A stretch of DNA of 64,000 nucleotides from Yuukianura sp. NJ FZ-2021 (taxonomy: Eukaryota). Every line of letters starts with the position of its first letter. The stretch's first letter is position 1. Position numbers and translations under genes: made by a program. The notes beneath the pieces were generated by a model. The model had not been told where the DNA came from. It ran no database searches and was given only the letters and a program-made list of their open reading frames with translations. Location: the NCBI GenBank assembly GCA_046563655.1, contig CM102288.1:6200001-6264000 (forward strand), read 5' to 3'. Shown here piece after piece: positions 12,201-24,200 of the stretch.

Positions 12201-15200
12201 GAACTACAAAGTGTAAGGAAAGCTCCTTAAACAATCTAAGAAAGTGTGAATTTTTCAGCACTTTTGTTTTCAAAACTATTTTTTGAAAAACTTTGTTTTA
12301 AAACTTTGTTTTTGTGAAGCCCTTCGCATTAAGGATTTTCTTAAAAGTCCAAAGTGGGAAACGCTGATTCGTTTTTTTTAAAGAAAGAAAGAAAACCAAT
12401 TAGGTTTCATAAAAGAATTTGAATGAAAAGAACTTTCTCAATGTGAAGAAAAAAATTGGGTTTTTAGAATTTCTTAATTGAGAAGAGCGGCGAAACTGTT
12501 AGCGATTCCGACTCCTGACAGACGGGCGCCAGATCGATTCTCCCAACCAGCCAAGTTTTTTAACTCTTTCCGACAGATGCTTTTCTTCTTCGAAATGTGA
12601 TTCTAATACAATTACTTTCTCCCGCGTCACCAAAACCTTCAAACAGACGCAAAAATACTAAAGTTTAAAAAAGCGGGAAAACTTTTTTTGAAAAAAATCT
12701 TTTTGAAATAAGTCCGGAAAAGTTTATGAAGCTCAAAACTAAAATTCCCTTGCTGAAAAGACTCGTGAGAGGCTCAAACTCGTGAAAGTGGGCAACTTTT
12801 CACCACTTTTAAAAAAAAAATTCCTCAATCCCAAATGAAAGGGAGAGAATAATTTACCAATCAAAGTTTATTTTTAAAAAACTCCAAAAACTTTTCAAAA
12901 CCTTAGATTCCACATGAAGTCTATTGAAAACTTAAAAAAATCATATTTTCAAAAAATCCTCTTTTCAAAAAATACACTTTTTAAAAAACCCTACGTTTCA
13001 AAATTATGAAATAACTTTTTCAATTCAAAACTCGCACTTCCGGTTCTTCCTCACTACCTCAAAATTCTTCCCATAAAAATTCGCAAGACGTGAGAGAAAG
13101 TTTTCACTTTTTATAAAAAGTAAAAAAGTTTAAATTTAATTCTGTCGGGAAATGAAGTTGTGCAACTCGCAATTTTTGGCGCACAATGAGCTGCCCTTCC
13201 ATTTGCCATTTTTTCCATTTTCGAAATTTCGAGAACTTTTCTCTCCTTTTTTTCGTTTTTTGGAAAGTGAAAGTGTTTAAAGAGTTGGAGTTGAGTTTGT
13301 GCCTGGCTGAGCATAAAATGAGAGACGGAGGATGTCAGGGGATTTGGTTGTAATTACAGAGGAGGAGCGGAAGGAGAGAGAAAGCGGGAACGTGAAAGTG
13401 AAATTTCTTTTTAAAATTCCTGCAGAAGTGGAGTGAAAGTGTAATTTTCCTTAACTTTGGGCATTGTAAGCCCTGAGTGGAGCGCCTTTCTAATTATGTT
13501 ATCCCCTTTTAACTTAAACGCAAATTCCACTTCACTCCATCTTCAATGTTTCCACTTAAACACAGGCAGCAACAACTTTCTACTTTCACTCCAAGCAACA
13601 ATTTTTTGAAATTTCTAAACAAATTCCAAGGATATAGCTCCACTGTATTTTGAGGCAATCCTCTTTTCTATTCCTAGTCTTAAACCTACCCAATGCCTAA
13701 ACCTTATGAACGAAAGTGATTCGGAGGAGACAAAATGAAGAGTGAGGAAATCCTCGAATTGTGCAGATAAAAAACCGAAAACTTAATTAAAATGATATTT
13801 CTTGAATAAATTTAGAACAAAAAAATAGGAGTGCCGATAAATTCAGCGAGGAACGAGGATGTCTTCAAAATTTGAAATTCAGACCTACTTTTAGGAATTT
13901 TTTACCCTTGTGTCTTTTGTGACCGAAAGTAATGTGAAAGATGTAAAACTAAAACTGAGGATATGCTCAAATTGTACTTTTAAAAAACCAGAGATTAAAT
14001 TTGCCAATTAAATTAACACTTGTTTAATAAATTGAAGAAAAATAAAAATTAGGACTGCGGAAAACTTTAGCGAGGAGTGAGGATATCCTCAGTGAGATTT
14101 TTGCTATCACTGGATCTCAGAGCTCAAGGGAGGTGAGCTGCTAGTGTCGTCTGCTTTTGATATGAGATGAGATGAGCTTTAGCGGCGTCATTTGATCCTG
14201 CCTCATTAACTTTTTGATTTTGATCTCATAAGTGGAGGAAGCCAGATTATGATCCCCATTGTGGTACGGGGATTTTGATCCCCAGATCCCCACTAACCCT
14301 ATTGTTGGGCGGCTTGAGAGGGGGAGAACGTGCTTCCTTTGATCCAACCGAGGATTCCAATCCCATTTACTAAACTTTAATAACATCTCAGCCCATGGAG
14401 ACACACAGAGTTACGAAACTCAAAGGAAATACTTCAAATTATTCCAATGTCAGTTCCACTTCCAGTCACGAATACCCAAACTACCACAACTACGCAAAAC
14501 TTCTGCATTTCTCACAAAACAACAAAGAAAGCAAAGAAACTAACAAAAAACGACGTTCCTCAAACAATTTTCATACTAAAGTAAAAAGAAACTGAAAAAA
14601 AAACTTTTTCACTTAAAGCCATCGCCACACTCAAGCCCATAAAAAACTCAAATTAAAAATGTTTTTCATCAAAATTTAAAAATGACGCCAAAAATGTTTT
14701 GATAAAAGTCTGACTCTAAAAAAATTAGAAACCATTTGATACAAAATGGTTCACAAGAAATTTTATTTCCATTGACGTCATGAACGTCATGAAAAATTGT
14801 GGTATAAAAACTTTCTTTTCAAGAATTGAGCTGGAAAAATATTTTGATAAAAACATTTTGAAATTGGAAAAATGGCGTCAGAGAATATCGGACGTCAGAA
14901 TTTGTGTAAATGAGACGGAGTTGATTCAGAACACGATCAGAATTCGAAAGAGATTCTCAAAACATAAGGCTGTATCAGACACATGAAAATTCAAACGAAG
15001 AATTTTGGGATTTGTGGAGTGTGAAGGAGGCTTAAGTTCCATAACACTAAAAGTCCCTCAACATATTCAAATTTAGTGTTCTTTTAGGTGTCGTTAGCCT
15101 CATTTCACAACCGCAAATGGCCAAAACGAGCCTCGCAAACGGCCGCGTACGTCATCAGCTCAAGGTCATTGACTTCTTGACGTAAAGAGTCTTGGAAGCT

Positions 15201-18200
15201 TCAAAAAATTGCGCTGGCGCATTGCCCAAAGCACAAGTCAAGGTCACCGGAAATGATTCCATTTGCACCAAACTTAAAAGTCGGCTGTGCTAATTTGCTC
15301 AAAATATCTCTTTTCTCTCTTCTCTACATGGTTCTGCACCATTTAGCTAAAAGTAAAAAGGTTCGAAAACAATTTGATCAACTAAACAGGTCCAATACTA
15401 ACTGATTGGATCAACTGAAGATATACGAAACTAACTCGTTCACCCGAAAACGTTTAAAACCAATTGGCACAACTGAATAAGTTTCAAAATGAATTGGTCC
15501 AACAGAAAATTTTCGAAAGTAATTGGTTCAACTAGAAAAGTTTTGAAACTAATTTTTTTCTTCAAAAATATTTGAAACAAATTGCTCAGATTATAAATCA
15601 GCTAATTGTAAGCTAATACTTAGTTTAGGTCGAAATCAGTTTTGGTCCAATTTAGTTTTTAACTAATTGATTTCGAACCTTTTTATTTTGATCTCTTCAA
15701 ATTGGTTCAAATTAGTTGTTCAGCTGTTAACTATTTTTAGAACACAATGTAAATTCATGATTTATGCTTCCTTTTGAACCAAATGCCAAAAGTTAGTCCC
15801 TCCACAGCATAAGTTGGTTGGAAATCCAAAAGTTGTGGTTTGTGAAGAAAGTTGGTGAGACAGAGACAGATGCGACGAGAGAGAAAGCGAGCAGCAGCAC
15901 ATTATTTGGGAGGCACAACGTGAGGTGCATTCGTAAGTAAGGTTAACCTAACCAACTAGGTTACTAGCCTAACCTAAAACAAAGTTCACAACAAAACTTC
16001 AAGTTCCAGCAGCAGAAAACACATTCAAAAGTGACCTCTGTGACCTCTCGCAGCTTTTAGTGAGAAAATGGAATTCTTTTCCGAAATGGACCAAAAGTGA
16101 AAGCAGCCTCAATTTCCTTTCATTGAGTTTCTCGGTAGTTTGAGAACAGGAAACGAGTACCGTAAAGTTCCAAACATGAACCCAGGCGCCTATTTTCCAA
16201 AAACTGAATTTTTGGTACTTTCTACTTCCGATTGAAGTTTGAGTCAACGTCATTTGGTGAATAGTGTTCTAAATAAAATTTGAAGTAAGCGCCTGACTTC
16301 TCTTCGGAACCTTACGGTATTTTCATGTGCAGAGACTCAATAAGGCCTTAATTAGATTCCTGGATAAAATCACAGAAACCCAATAACTACTCCGCCCTTC
16401 CACTCCCTGAATAAGTGCAATTACGCTCACATGAACACAAAAAATCAAAACACCCACGATGAGTTCCAAATTTCACTCATCTTCCAGGAATTCATTGGAG
16501 ATAGGAAATCTATTTCAAAATTTCAGATTTTCATAAAAATCTATTCCTTTGAAAAAAACTTTTGCTTCTCCCCCCTCAAAAAGTTGACGGAGGAGAAGCA
16601 AAAAAAAATCAAAATTTTGATTTTATTTTCCATTTACAAAAACTTAGGAAAGACAAAGGGAAATTTCGAAAACAAAGAATAAAGTCGTTGCAAATTGCTC
16701 TTTGAACTTTTTGCAAAAACTTTTTTTTAAACTTTTTTAAATTTTATGTAGAATTTTTGGCAATAGTTCTGCGGATCCAGTCCGTGTAACTAGAGACTTT
16801 GGTGTACACTCCAGGCAGACGTCCATCACACTGAATCGTTCCAAAAGAAATTATGCCTATTAAGTAATGTCGATCTCCCTTCTCCATACTTAACGGACCT
16901 CCAGAATCACCCTCTACGAAAAAAAAAGTTCAAAATAAAATTGTGGGAAAAAATTTAAAAAACAAAACACTTTTCTAGTTGCTATTATCAATACAAGCTT
17001 TGTTTCACGCCGCGAACTTAGCGATTCGCACGACGTGAAAATCTGAAATTCGTTCAAAAACTTACTGCAAGAATCTTTTCCTTTCTCTCCAGCACAAACC
17101 TGCATTAAAATTGTAGGTTTTTAAAAAGGTTTTTAAAATTTTGGAATTTTTTTTAAGTACTTGGTATTGCGGCAGGACGCTAACGCGAATTCTTCTGAAC
17201 CTGCGTTTGCAAATATCTCCGGGTATTAGTGGAATGTCGCTCTTCTGTAGAATGTCGTACGACGACTTTTTGCCGTCGCTGCCCCAGCCGACAATTGTCG
17301 CAGTGGAATACGGCTTGTAAAATTTTTCATCTTCATCCTCCTGTGGGACACAAATTGGACCAACGGTTGCTACAAAAACAAGAAAAACAAAGCATTTGTG
17401 CAAATTTTTTGAAAATTTTTAAACTTTTGTGAAATTTTACAGCCGAATGTCACTTTTTTCTTGAGTTTGACCAGAGCAAGGTCATCGCGAACGATCGGAC
17501 GCTCTCGGAATCCGTCGTGCACGAAAACGGCTTCGATCGGAACGTCTTCTGCTCCGTTTTCATTCGTCCGTGAAATATTGTGAGCTCCCACACGCACATG
17601 AGATCTAAAATAAACTCAACCAATTTCACAAACCTAATCTAACAACCTAACCTAATATTAGCCTAATCAAAGACTTTTGTTATTGTCCTAACATTAGCAT
17701 AAAAGCAAAACATCAAAGAGATTGTTGCTTACATGTTTCTGGGGCGATGTGAGGGATCAGCAACGCAGTGAGCCGCTGGAATTAAAAACAAAAACCACAA
17801 TCTCATCATTGTCCCACGGCCCCACCACCGCGATCCCACCGCAGCCCCACCAAAAGGAAAGCTGACACAAGAGCTCTTACCCGTCACCACAAAGTCATCT
17901 GACACCAAGGCCCCACCGCAAACAACCTGCGATCCAGTGGGAGCTAAGCAAACGAGGAAAACATCAAGAGTCACTTTCAAAATTTCAAAATTATTTCAAA
18001 ATTATTTTCAAATTCAAAATTTTTGTGCTCAAATTTTCAAATTCAAATTTTCCCGTTCAAATTTGTACTCACAGTGTGCATAAATTGCTGCAGTCCACGG
18101 AAATTCCCCACGCCCCGCCCCCTCTCCACCGCTGATTCGTCCAGGAAAAGCTGTTCCGCATTCTATCTATTTACAAATGACAAAAAACAGCAACAAAAAC

Positions 18201-21200
18201 TTACTAAATTCAAAATTTTGAAAGACAAATTCGAAATTTTGAAATTTCGAAACAAGCATTCCTATAAAAGCAACTGCATAAGAAAGACTTTTCACTCTCA
18301 CCTCGTCCAGTTTTGACGCATCAGTAAATTTTTTCCTTGGTTTCTGTTGGTGGGACGCAAAAGTCAATGATTGGTGGGCCGATCCGGTGGGGCTGCTAAA
18401 GCCACCAGAATCTTTGTACTTGTGACAAAGTACCAGCGGACGACCAGATACAGTGAAACCACAAGAAGCATTGCGCAGTCGCAGAAGATTCTGCGAAGTA
18501 GGCTGCATCAGAAGCGACATCAGGTGGGGGCAAAGGTCAAGGGCGACGCAGCTAGAGGTCGATGACCTCGGTTCAAAACTTCTTAAAGAAGTCTCTGTGG
18601 CTTCACCCTCCTCCTCAAACACAATCTCTGCACAAGTTAAACACAATTAAGTTAAATCATGCCAGTTATTAAGTTAGTAAAGTTTGTAACCTAATTAAGT
18701 TAAGTTAGACACAAATACCTTGTCCGAGGGATCCATTTTGATGAGAGTGGAGTGAAAAACAAATGGCCACGAGCACAATAGTCCAAACTGAGTCTTCCGT
18801 CTTCGTCTTCATTTTTATTAAGAAGCACAACCACGGAGAAACGCAATTAAACTAAACACTTCACTCACACTTTCCAAAATTTAATAAAAACGCCAAAAGT
18901 TCACAAGTTTGAAATTTGAAACTTAATTAAACAGCAAAATTGAGGTTTAATATAAAGTTAAATTAAATTGTTTATAGGCGTTCAGTGAGCCTGCTCACCG
19001 TAAAATTAAAAGTGAGGTCACACTCACTTCCAGGAGACAAAAGTTGATATTCTGCAGAAGTGGGTTGCATCTGCGCAACTCCTAAGAAACTGCACACACA
19101 ACAAAACAACCTTCGCAGATTAAAAGATATGATCCCCAAATTGTAGTAATTACTATGTTAAATGTTTTAACAATAAGAAATTAGAGGAATTGGGGAGAGG
19201 GTGAGAAACAAAGGGGCAAAACAGGGTTCACGGGTTCAATTCCCCAACTGCCCAGCAGATGAAAAAAAAAATATTTGCAAAAACTTGAAATCAAACAGTA
19301 AAATACCACAAACTTTCTGAATTTAAAAAACTTCATTGATTCAATATCACAATTTTTTGGTCTAATGGAACCTTTAAAAAAACAGATTTCTTTAGCTCAC
19401 CAATTTTTTGTTTCACTTTTAGCAAATAAAAGACTGTTGATAAAATTTTCTTATTTAAAAAATGTTGATCACTATAAAAAAAATTAAGATTGCATAAACA
19501 CCGCTGTTGAGTTAAACTTAGAAACAAGTGAAAAAAGAAAAGAAAATTAGTATAGTTTTTAGTTAGTTTTTCAGTAGAGTATTAAATCTAACGTGTTTCT
19601 ATTCCCTACTGTGGAAGTGGGTGACTGGCTAACCCTGCACAGGTTGAAAATTTGCCAAAAACGTGCAAGTAGTGAGAAGTAGTACAAAATTAGAAACGAG
19701 TTATTCATATTATAATCTAACTTAAATCCTACTTCTTTTCTCAACCTGCCTTTGGCAGGTGACTGTGAAAAAATTCGATAAATAAATGAAAAACAAATCA
19801 AAAAAAAAAAAAAAAAAAGTACAAAAAAGTTTTTTTTTAAAGAAAAACGTAAGTTTAATGCCTATTTTTAATTGAATTTTAAATTTCAACTGTCCCTATT
19901 CCCCACTGGAGAGCTGGGTAACTGGCTAACCCTGAACAGGTTTAAAATTTGGTAAAAACGTGTAAGTTGTGAGAAGTGGTGAACTTGGGAGTTGTTTGCC
20001 TTTCCACCTCAGGAAGTTTAGTTCCTCCTCATAATATCCTTCACAGGAAAAAAAAGTTAGGAAGAGCCTGGTATTGTTGATTTAAGGAAGAAATATATTT
20101 CTCAAGAACACAAAAAGTAATTGACAGCCTACGCAAACAGCATCACAATCAAGTTAATCAACTCTAATTGCTATCCACTGCATCCTCCCTCAAACAACTC
20201 CAAAAAATCCAATCAGTTTCAAATTCAAAAAGCTAAAGACATTTCAAACTAAAAACAAAATTCCAATTTCGGAAAAGCAGGGACGCAAAATTGAGAAAAT
20301 AAAGACACTAGAAAATTAGAGATTTCAGAAAATTCAGAAATGACAAAAAATTCGCAGTTTTTTTTTCAAAAGTGCAAACATGTATCTCCCATGGGTAATT
20401 TTCATCTTCACCTGCAGTTGACACTAAAAGCCGAATGAATCGCAAGAGATCTAATGAAGATGAGGATCTCCGTTAATGAAACTTACACTTATGATTTTCG
20501 TATTCCTCTTGTTAAGTTTGGAAGAGTAAAAAATTTGCAAGTTTTGTTTAATATATGAGAAATTTGAAATTCCTCCATGTTATTTAACCTTTTTGAAAAA
20601 TTTTTCAAAAGAAAAGACGGAAATGAGAAAGTGGAGAGATCAAACTTCCGTCTGAACAGCAGTTTCTCTCACTTTTCAGTTTTTCATTTTCCACTTTTCA
20701 TTTCCTCTAACATTGGAATGGAGGAGAGGAAATGCCTGAAGTTAGAGCAACTGACAAAAGAGAGGAACAAAATGTTCCGCTTCACCCGCCAAAATTCAAA
20801 CTTCCAACACAACTCTTTCATCGTCCTCCTCAATATCGTAATTTCACAAACGCTAATTCAACAATCAACTGGAGTGTGAAGCTTCCTTTACCAACCTGTT
20901 ACTCAAAAGAAAAGTTTTCCCAAAATTCCAACTCAAAACTTCCCACTCTTTTCAAATTTTCATCCTTTGTGTGCGATTGGCCTCACTTTGTGATTTCCGT
21001 TTCATCTTGTTCAAAGTAGGAGAGTTTCGATAACCTTAATTTGAACTTGTCATGACAACACACCCAAAATATATGAATTTCTGAAAACAAGTTTTTAGAA
21101 AAAAACTAAAAATCAAAAACTGAAATCGATTGCACAGTTTTTCCCGACTAGACTGTATATTGCAAGAAAGGAAGTAGAAAAACACTTGGTTGGAGTGGGA

Positions 21201-24200
21201 CTCGAACCCACACCTTACCGTTCCAGAGTAAACGCTCTCACCGTTGAACTACACAGTTCCAGTGCCTAAACTTGTTTCCTGTGGTGTTTTTGTTGTACTG
21301 AATCATGGCTGCCCTTACTCTACCCTTCACCTTGACCTTGATCTTGATGGTGACCTTGACCTTTGACCCTGCATTGACCTTGACCCAGGCTCAGCTAGAC
21401 CACTACTGCACCACAATGGTCAACGAGGAGGACGACAGTGACCTCACAGCGTCTGGAGTTGACCTGCGTGAAGAAACCCAGGCAATGCGTGAGTATCGAC
21501 GTGCAATTCGGCCTTGTTGCATCGGTGGCACTTGGACATCCACTCTTGGCGCATGCTCACGCCTTGAAAACAGAGAAGCCATAAGCCTCAAAGGTCAACC
21601 TGCAGGTCACGCCAGTTCCACTTTACTTTTCTACGTTATTCTACTCCTAGTCCTTCATTTTAACTTCATTTTTTGACTTTCCATTACTTTTGAACTAAAT
21701 AAACTTTCTGCCCTAAAAGCATCAATAGAAACTGAAACCGTTTGTCTAAAAAAAAGTTCCGTTCAACAGAATCAAATCATCAAAATCAAATCACGCCCTA
21801 ATCTTGTTTTACGAAAAAGAATCCAGTTTTGAAAACTTGTAAAAGCAACAAAGTACTTTGTTGCTTTTACTTTTGAAGTTTTCAAAGTCTTAAAAATGAA
21901 AAGCCAGAAGGAATGAAACCAGAAATTTTTGGCCGTTTTGGTGTCGACCAAAACGCAACTAAAAGAGTCTGAAGCCTTTCTTTGCCAATTGGCAAGGAAT
22001 GTTGTGCTTCTTGAATAGGATTTGTGTTGACCGTGTAAGGTCGTTTGAAGGGCCTCATTTGCTGTGTTGCCTGTTCTGGCTCAAGAGATCTCAACGTTTC
22101 TCCTAAAGAGAAAGTACAAGCAATTGGCCTTACTTCCAACCTCACACCAACTCTTCTGACATCAACACTCCCAATTCAACCAGCACTCAAACTAAAGACA
22201 CTCAAACACACTCGAAATAGTATCTTCAGACCTAAATACGCACAAATTATGACCTCTGACCTTCAAATTCCTCAAATTTTAAAGTTCCTGCTGAAATTGA
22301 GATTTTAACATCCTCAACTTGAACATCTCCGACGTCAAAAGTCTTACTTTGAAACTTCTAATTCAAACCTTGACCTCTCGCTTCAAAATTTTGACTAAAA
22401 TTTTGAATTGAAATTTTGAAATTCAAAGTACTTTTCAATTTATAAATTTTAAGTTGTACAAATTGAAATTGAGACGAGGCTTGAGCCAGGAAGTGGAACG
22501 ACTTTGGACAAAGACAAGACGCCAAGGGAGAAAGTTTGAAGACGGAAGAGGTTGCATGCTAATTTCTCCGAGTGCCATTAAAAATGCATTAGATGGCTTA
22601 GGTTAATGTTAGGCTATGGTTAGGCTATTGTTAGGTTAATGTTAGGCTGTGGTTAGGTTATGCACAGGAGATTTTGTAAAGAAAGTAAGGATGGAGATGA
22701 ATGGGAAACGTTAAATTGATTTATCAAACCGCTTCCAACCACGCCCACTCTGGAAATGTCCACTTTCCTTCATGTTACACGACAATTGGACACATTCATG
22801 CACCGTACTTTCAAAAACTCTCGCCAAAAAAAACTTATCTTGCGTCACGCCAACTTTCACTGGAGAAATCTCTTTTTCCGAAATTATGACAAAGACGGGA
22901 GGATGTCGTGGACAAAAATAAAAACGTCCTGCACAAATCACCGTCTCGCACAAATCCCCTGCCTCATTTCACATTTTTTACCTCAAAAAACTCTCATGCT
23001 TCTCAAAAAAAGAAAGAAACCGGCAAACTCAAGTTTTTTGCACAACAGAAAAAAGTCACAAAGTCATCTCATCATTAGTTTCTATCTTTTTTTCACAAAA
23101 AACTGAAGAAAAAACTGAAATAAATTGATACCATTTGAGACTTCCCAAGATTTTTTCTCAAAATCTTCCAAAATCTAAGGATTTGGCGGCTAACTTTCAA
23201 AGATTTTTCACATTTTTTCAAATCCTGAGATCCACCACATGTCAAATCTCCCCAATCGATATTCCGGACTGCCCAAAAACAAGTTTTTGGTCTTATGTTA
23301 CCAGTTATTAGCAGGCTTGTCAAAAATATGTGCTAAAACACTCAAAATATTGACAAAAATATATTTTATAAAATCGCCCAAATATTTACTTATTCAGCAA
23401 TATGTGAATGGGCAAATACATATTTAACAGAAAATATTTAATATAAATATTTAAATGGGATTTGAATATTTAATATAAAATAATATATAAATATTGGTAA
23501 CAAAAAACCGCAAATGTTTTTTATTAACATTACGGGCATGGAAACTAAATATTTTTGGCATCCCTGATTACTAGCGAAAGCCCCGAAATCCGTGCACTTT
23601 TTCGGCGCACAGGATCATTTCTCATCTTGTAGAGACGGAAGTAGTATAGGAAAAGAGATTCTAAAGCCGTGTTTACTTTTGGCATCATCCATTGTTTGGA
23701 CAAGGGGCCTTAAGTGCCCCACTCCGTTGGATGCTGAGGGCCCTGGGAGTGAAAGTGACATGAGTGCAGAAAGGCCGCACTTCAACAACTATGCTGGACA
23801 ACCTCTTCACTAAACGACAACTTCAACCAAATCCCATCTAAAACACTGAAACGTCACAAAAGGCGGCTGTAATTATCAACGTGTCGGAAAACCAGCGGGT
23901 GGGGATTTACTTCTGTCTTTGTTGTTTTAGAAACTTTTCACTCACTATAGCTATTATTCCACTCTGCTCGACATTACGTTTAATTAACTTTCAGTTTCTC
24001 CAAAATTTTGAAAACTTTTGTCACTTTTGTTTTCAGAATTATGAAAAAAACTTAAAAAAAACGTTGTCTTCTAATGGTAGAATACCTTGAGGTGGAAATA
24101 GGGCCAAGCATAGTCAAAAAACCATGAGGGGGTGATTGCTCAACAACTTCAAAAATAGAAGTTTAGATTTAGTAAAAAAAAACAAGTCAGTATGGGGAGA

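Noticed and set aside
18073..18166. Suspected frameshift in the G-rich protease exon 3
   Set aside because: A recount gives an intact frame: [31 protein letters not shown].
19222..19978. Possible hAT MITE (CAGGGTT…AACCCTG) with a duplicated ~80-bp right end (~19600-19680 and ~19895-19978)
   Set aside because: No matching TSD at either candidate end; at best a decayed relic with undefined boundaries.
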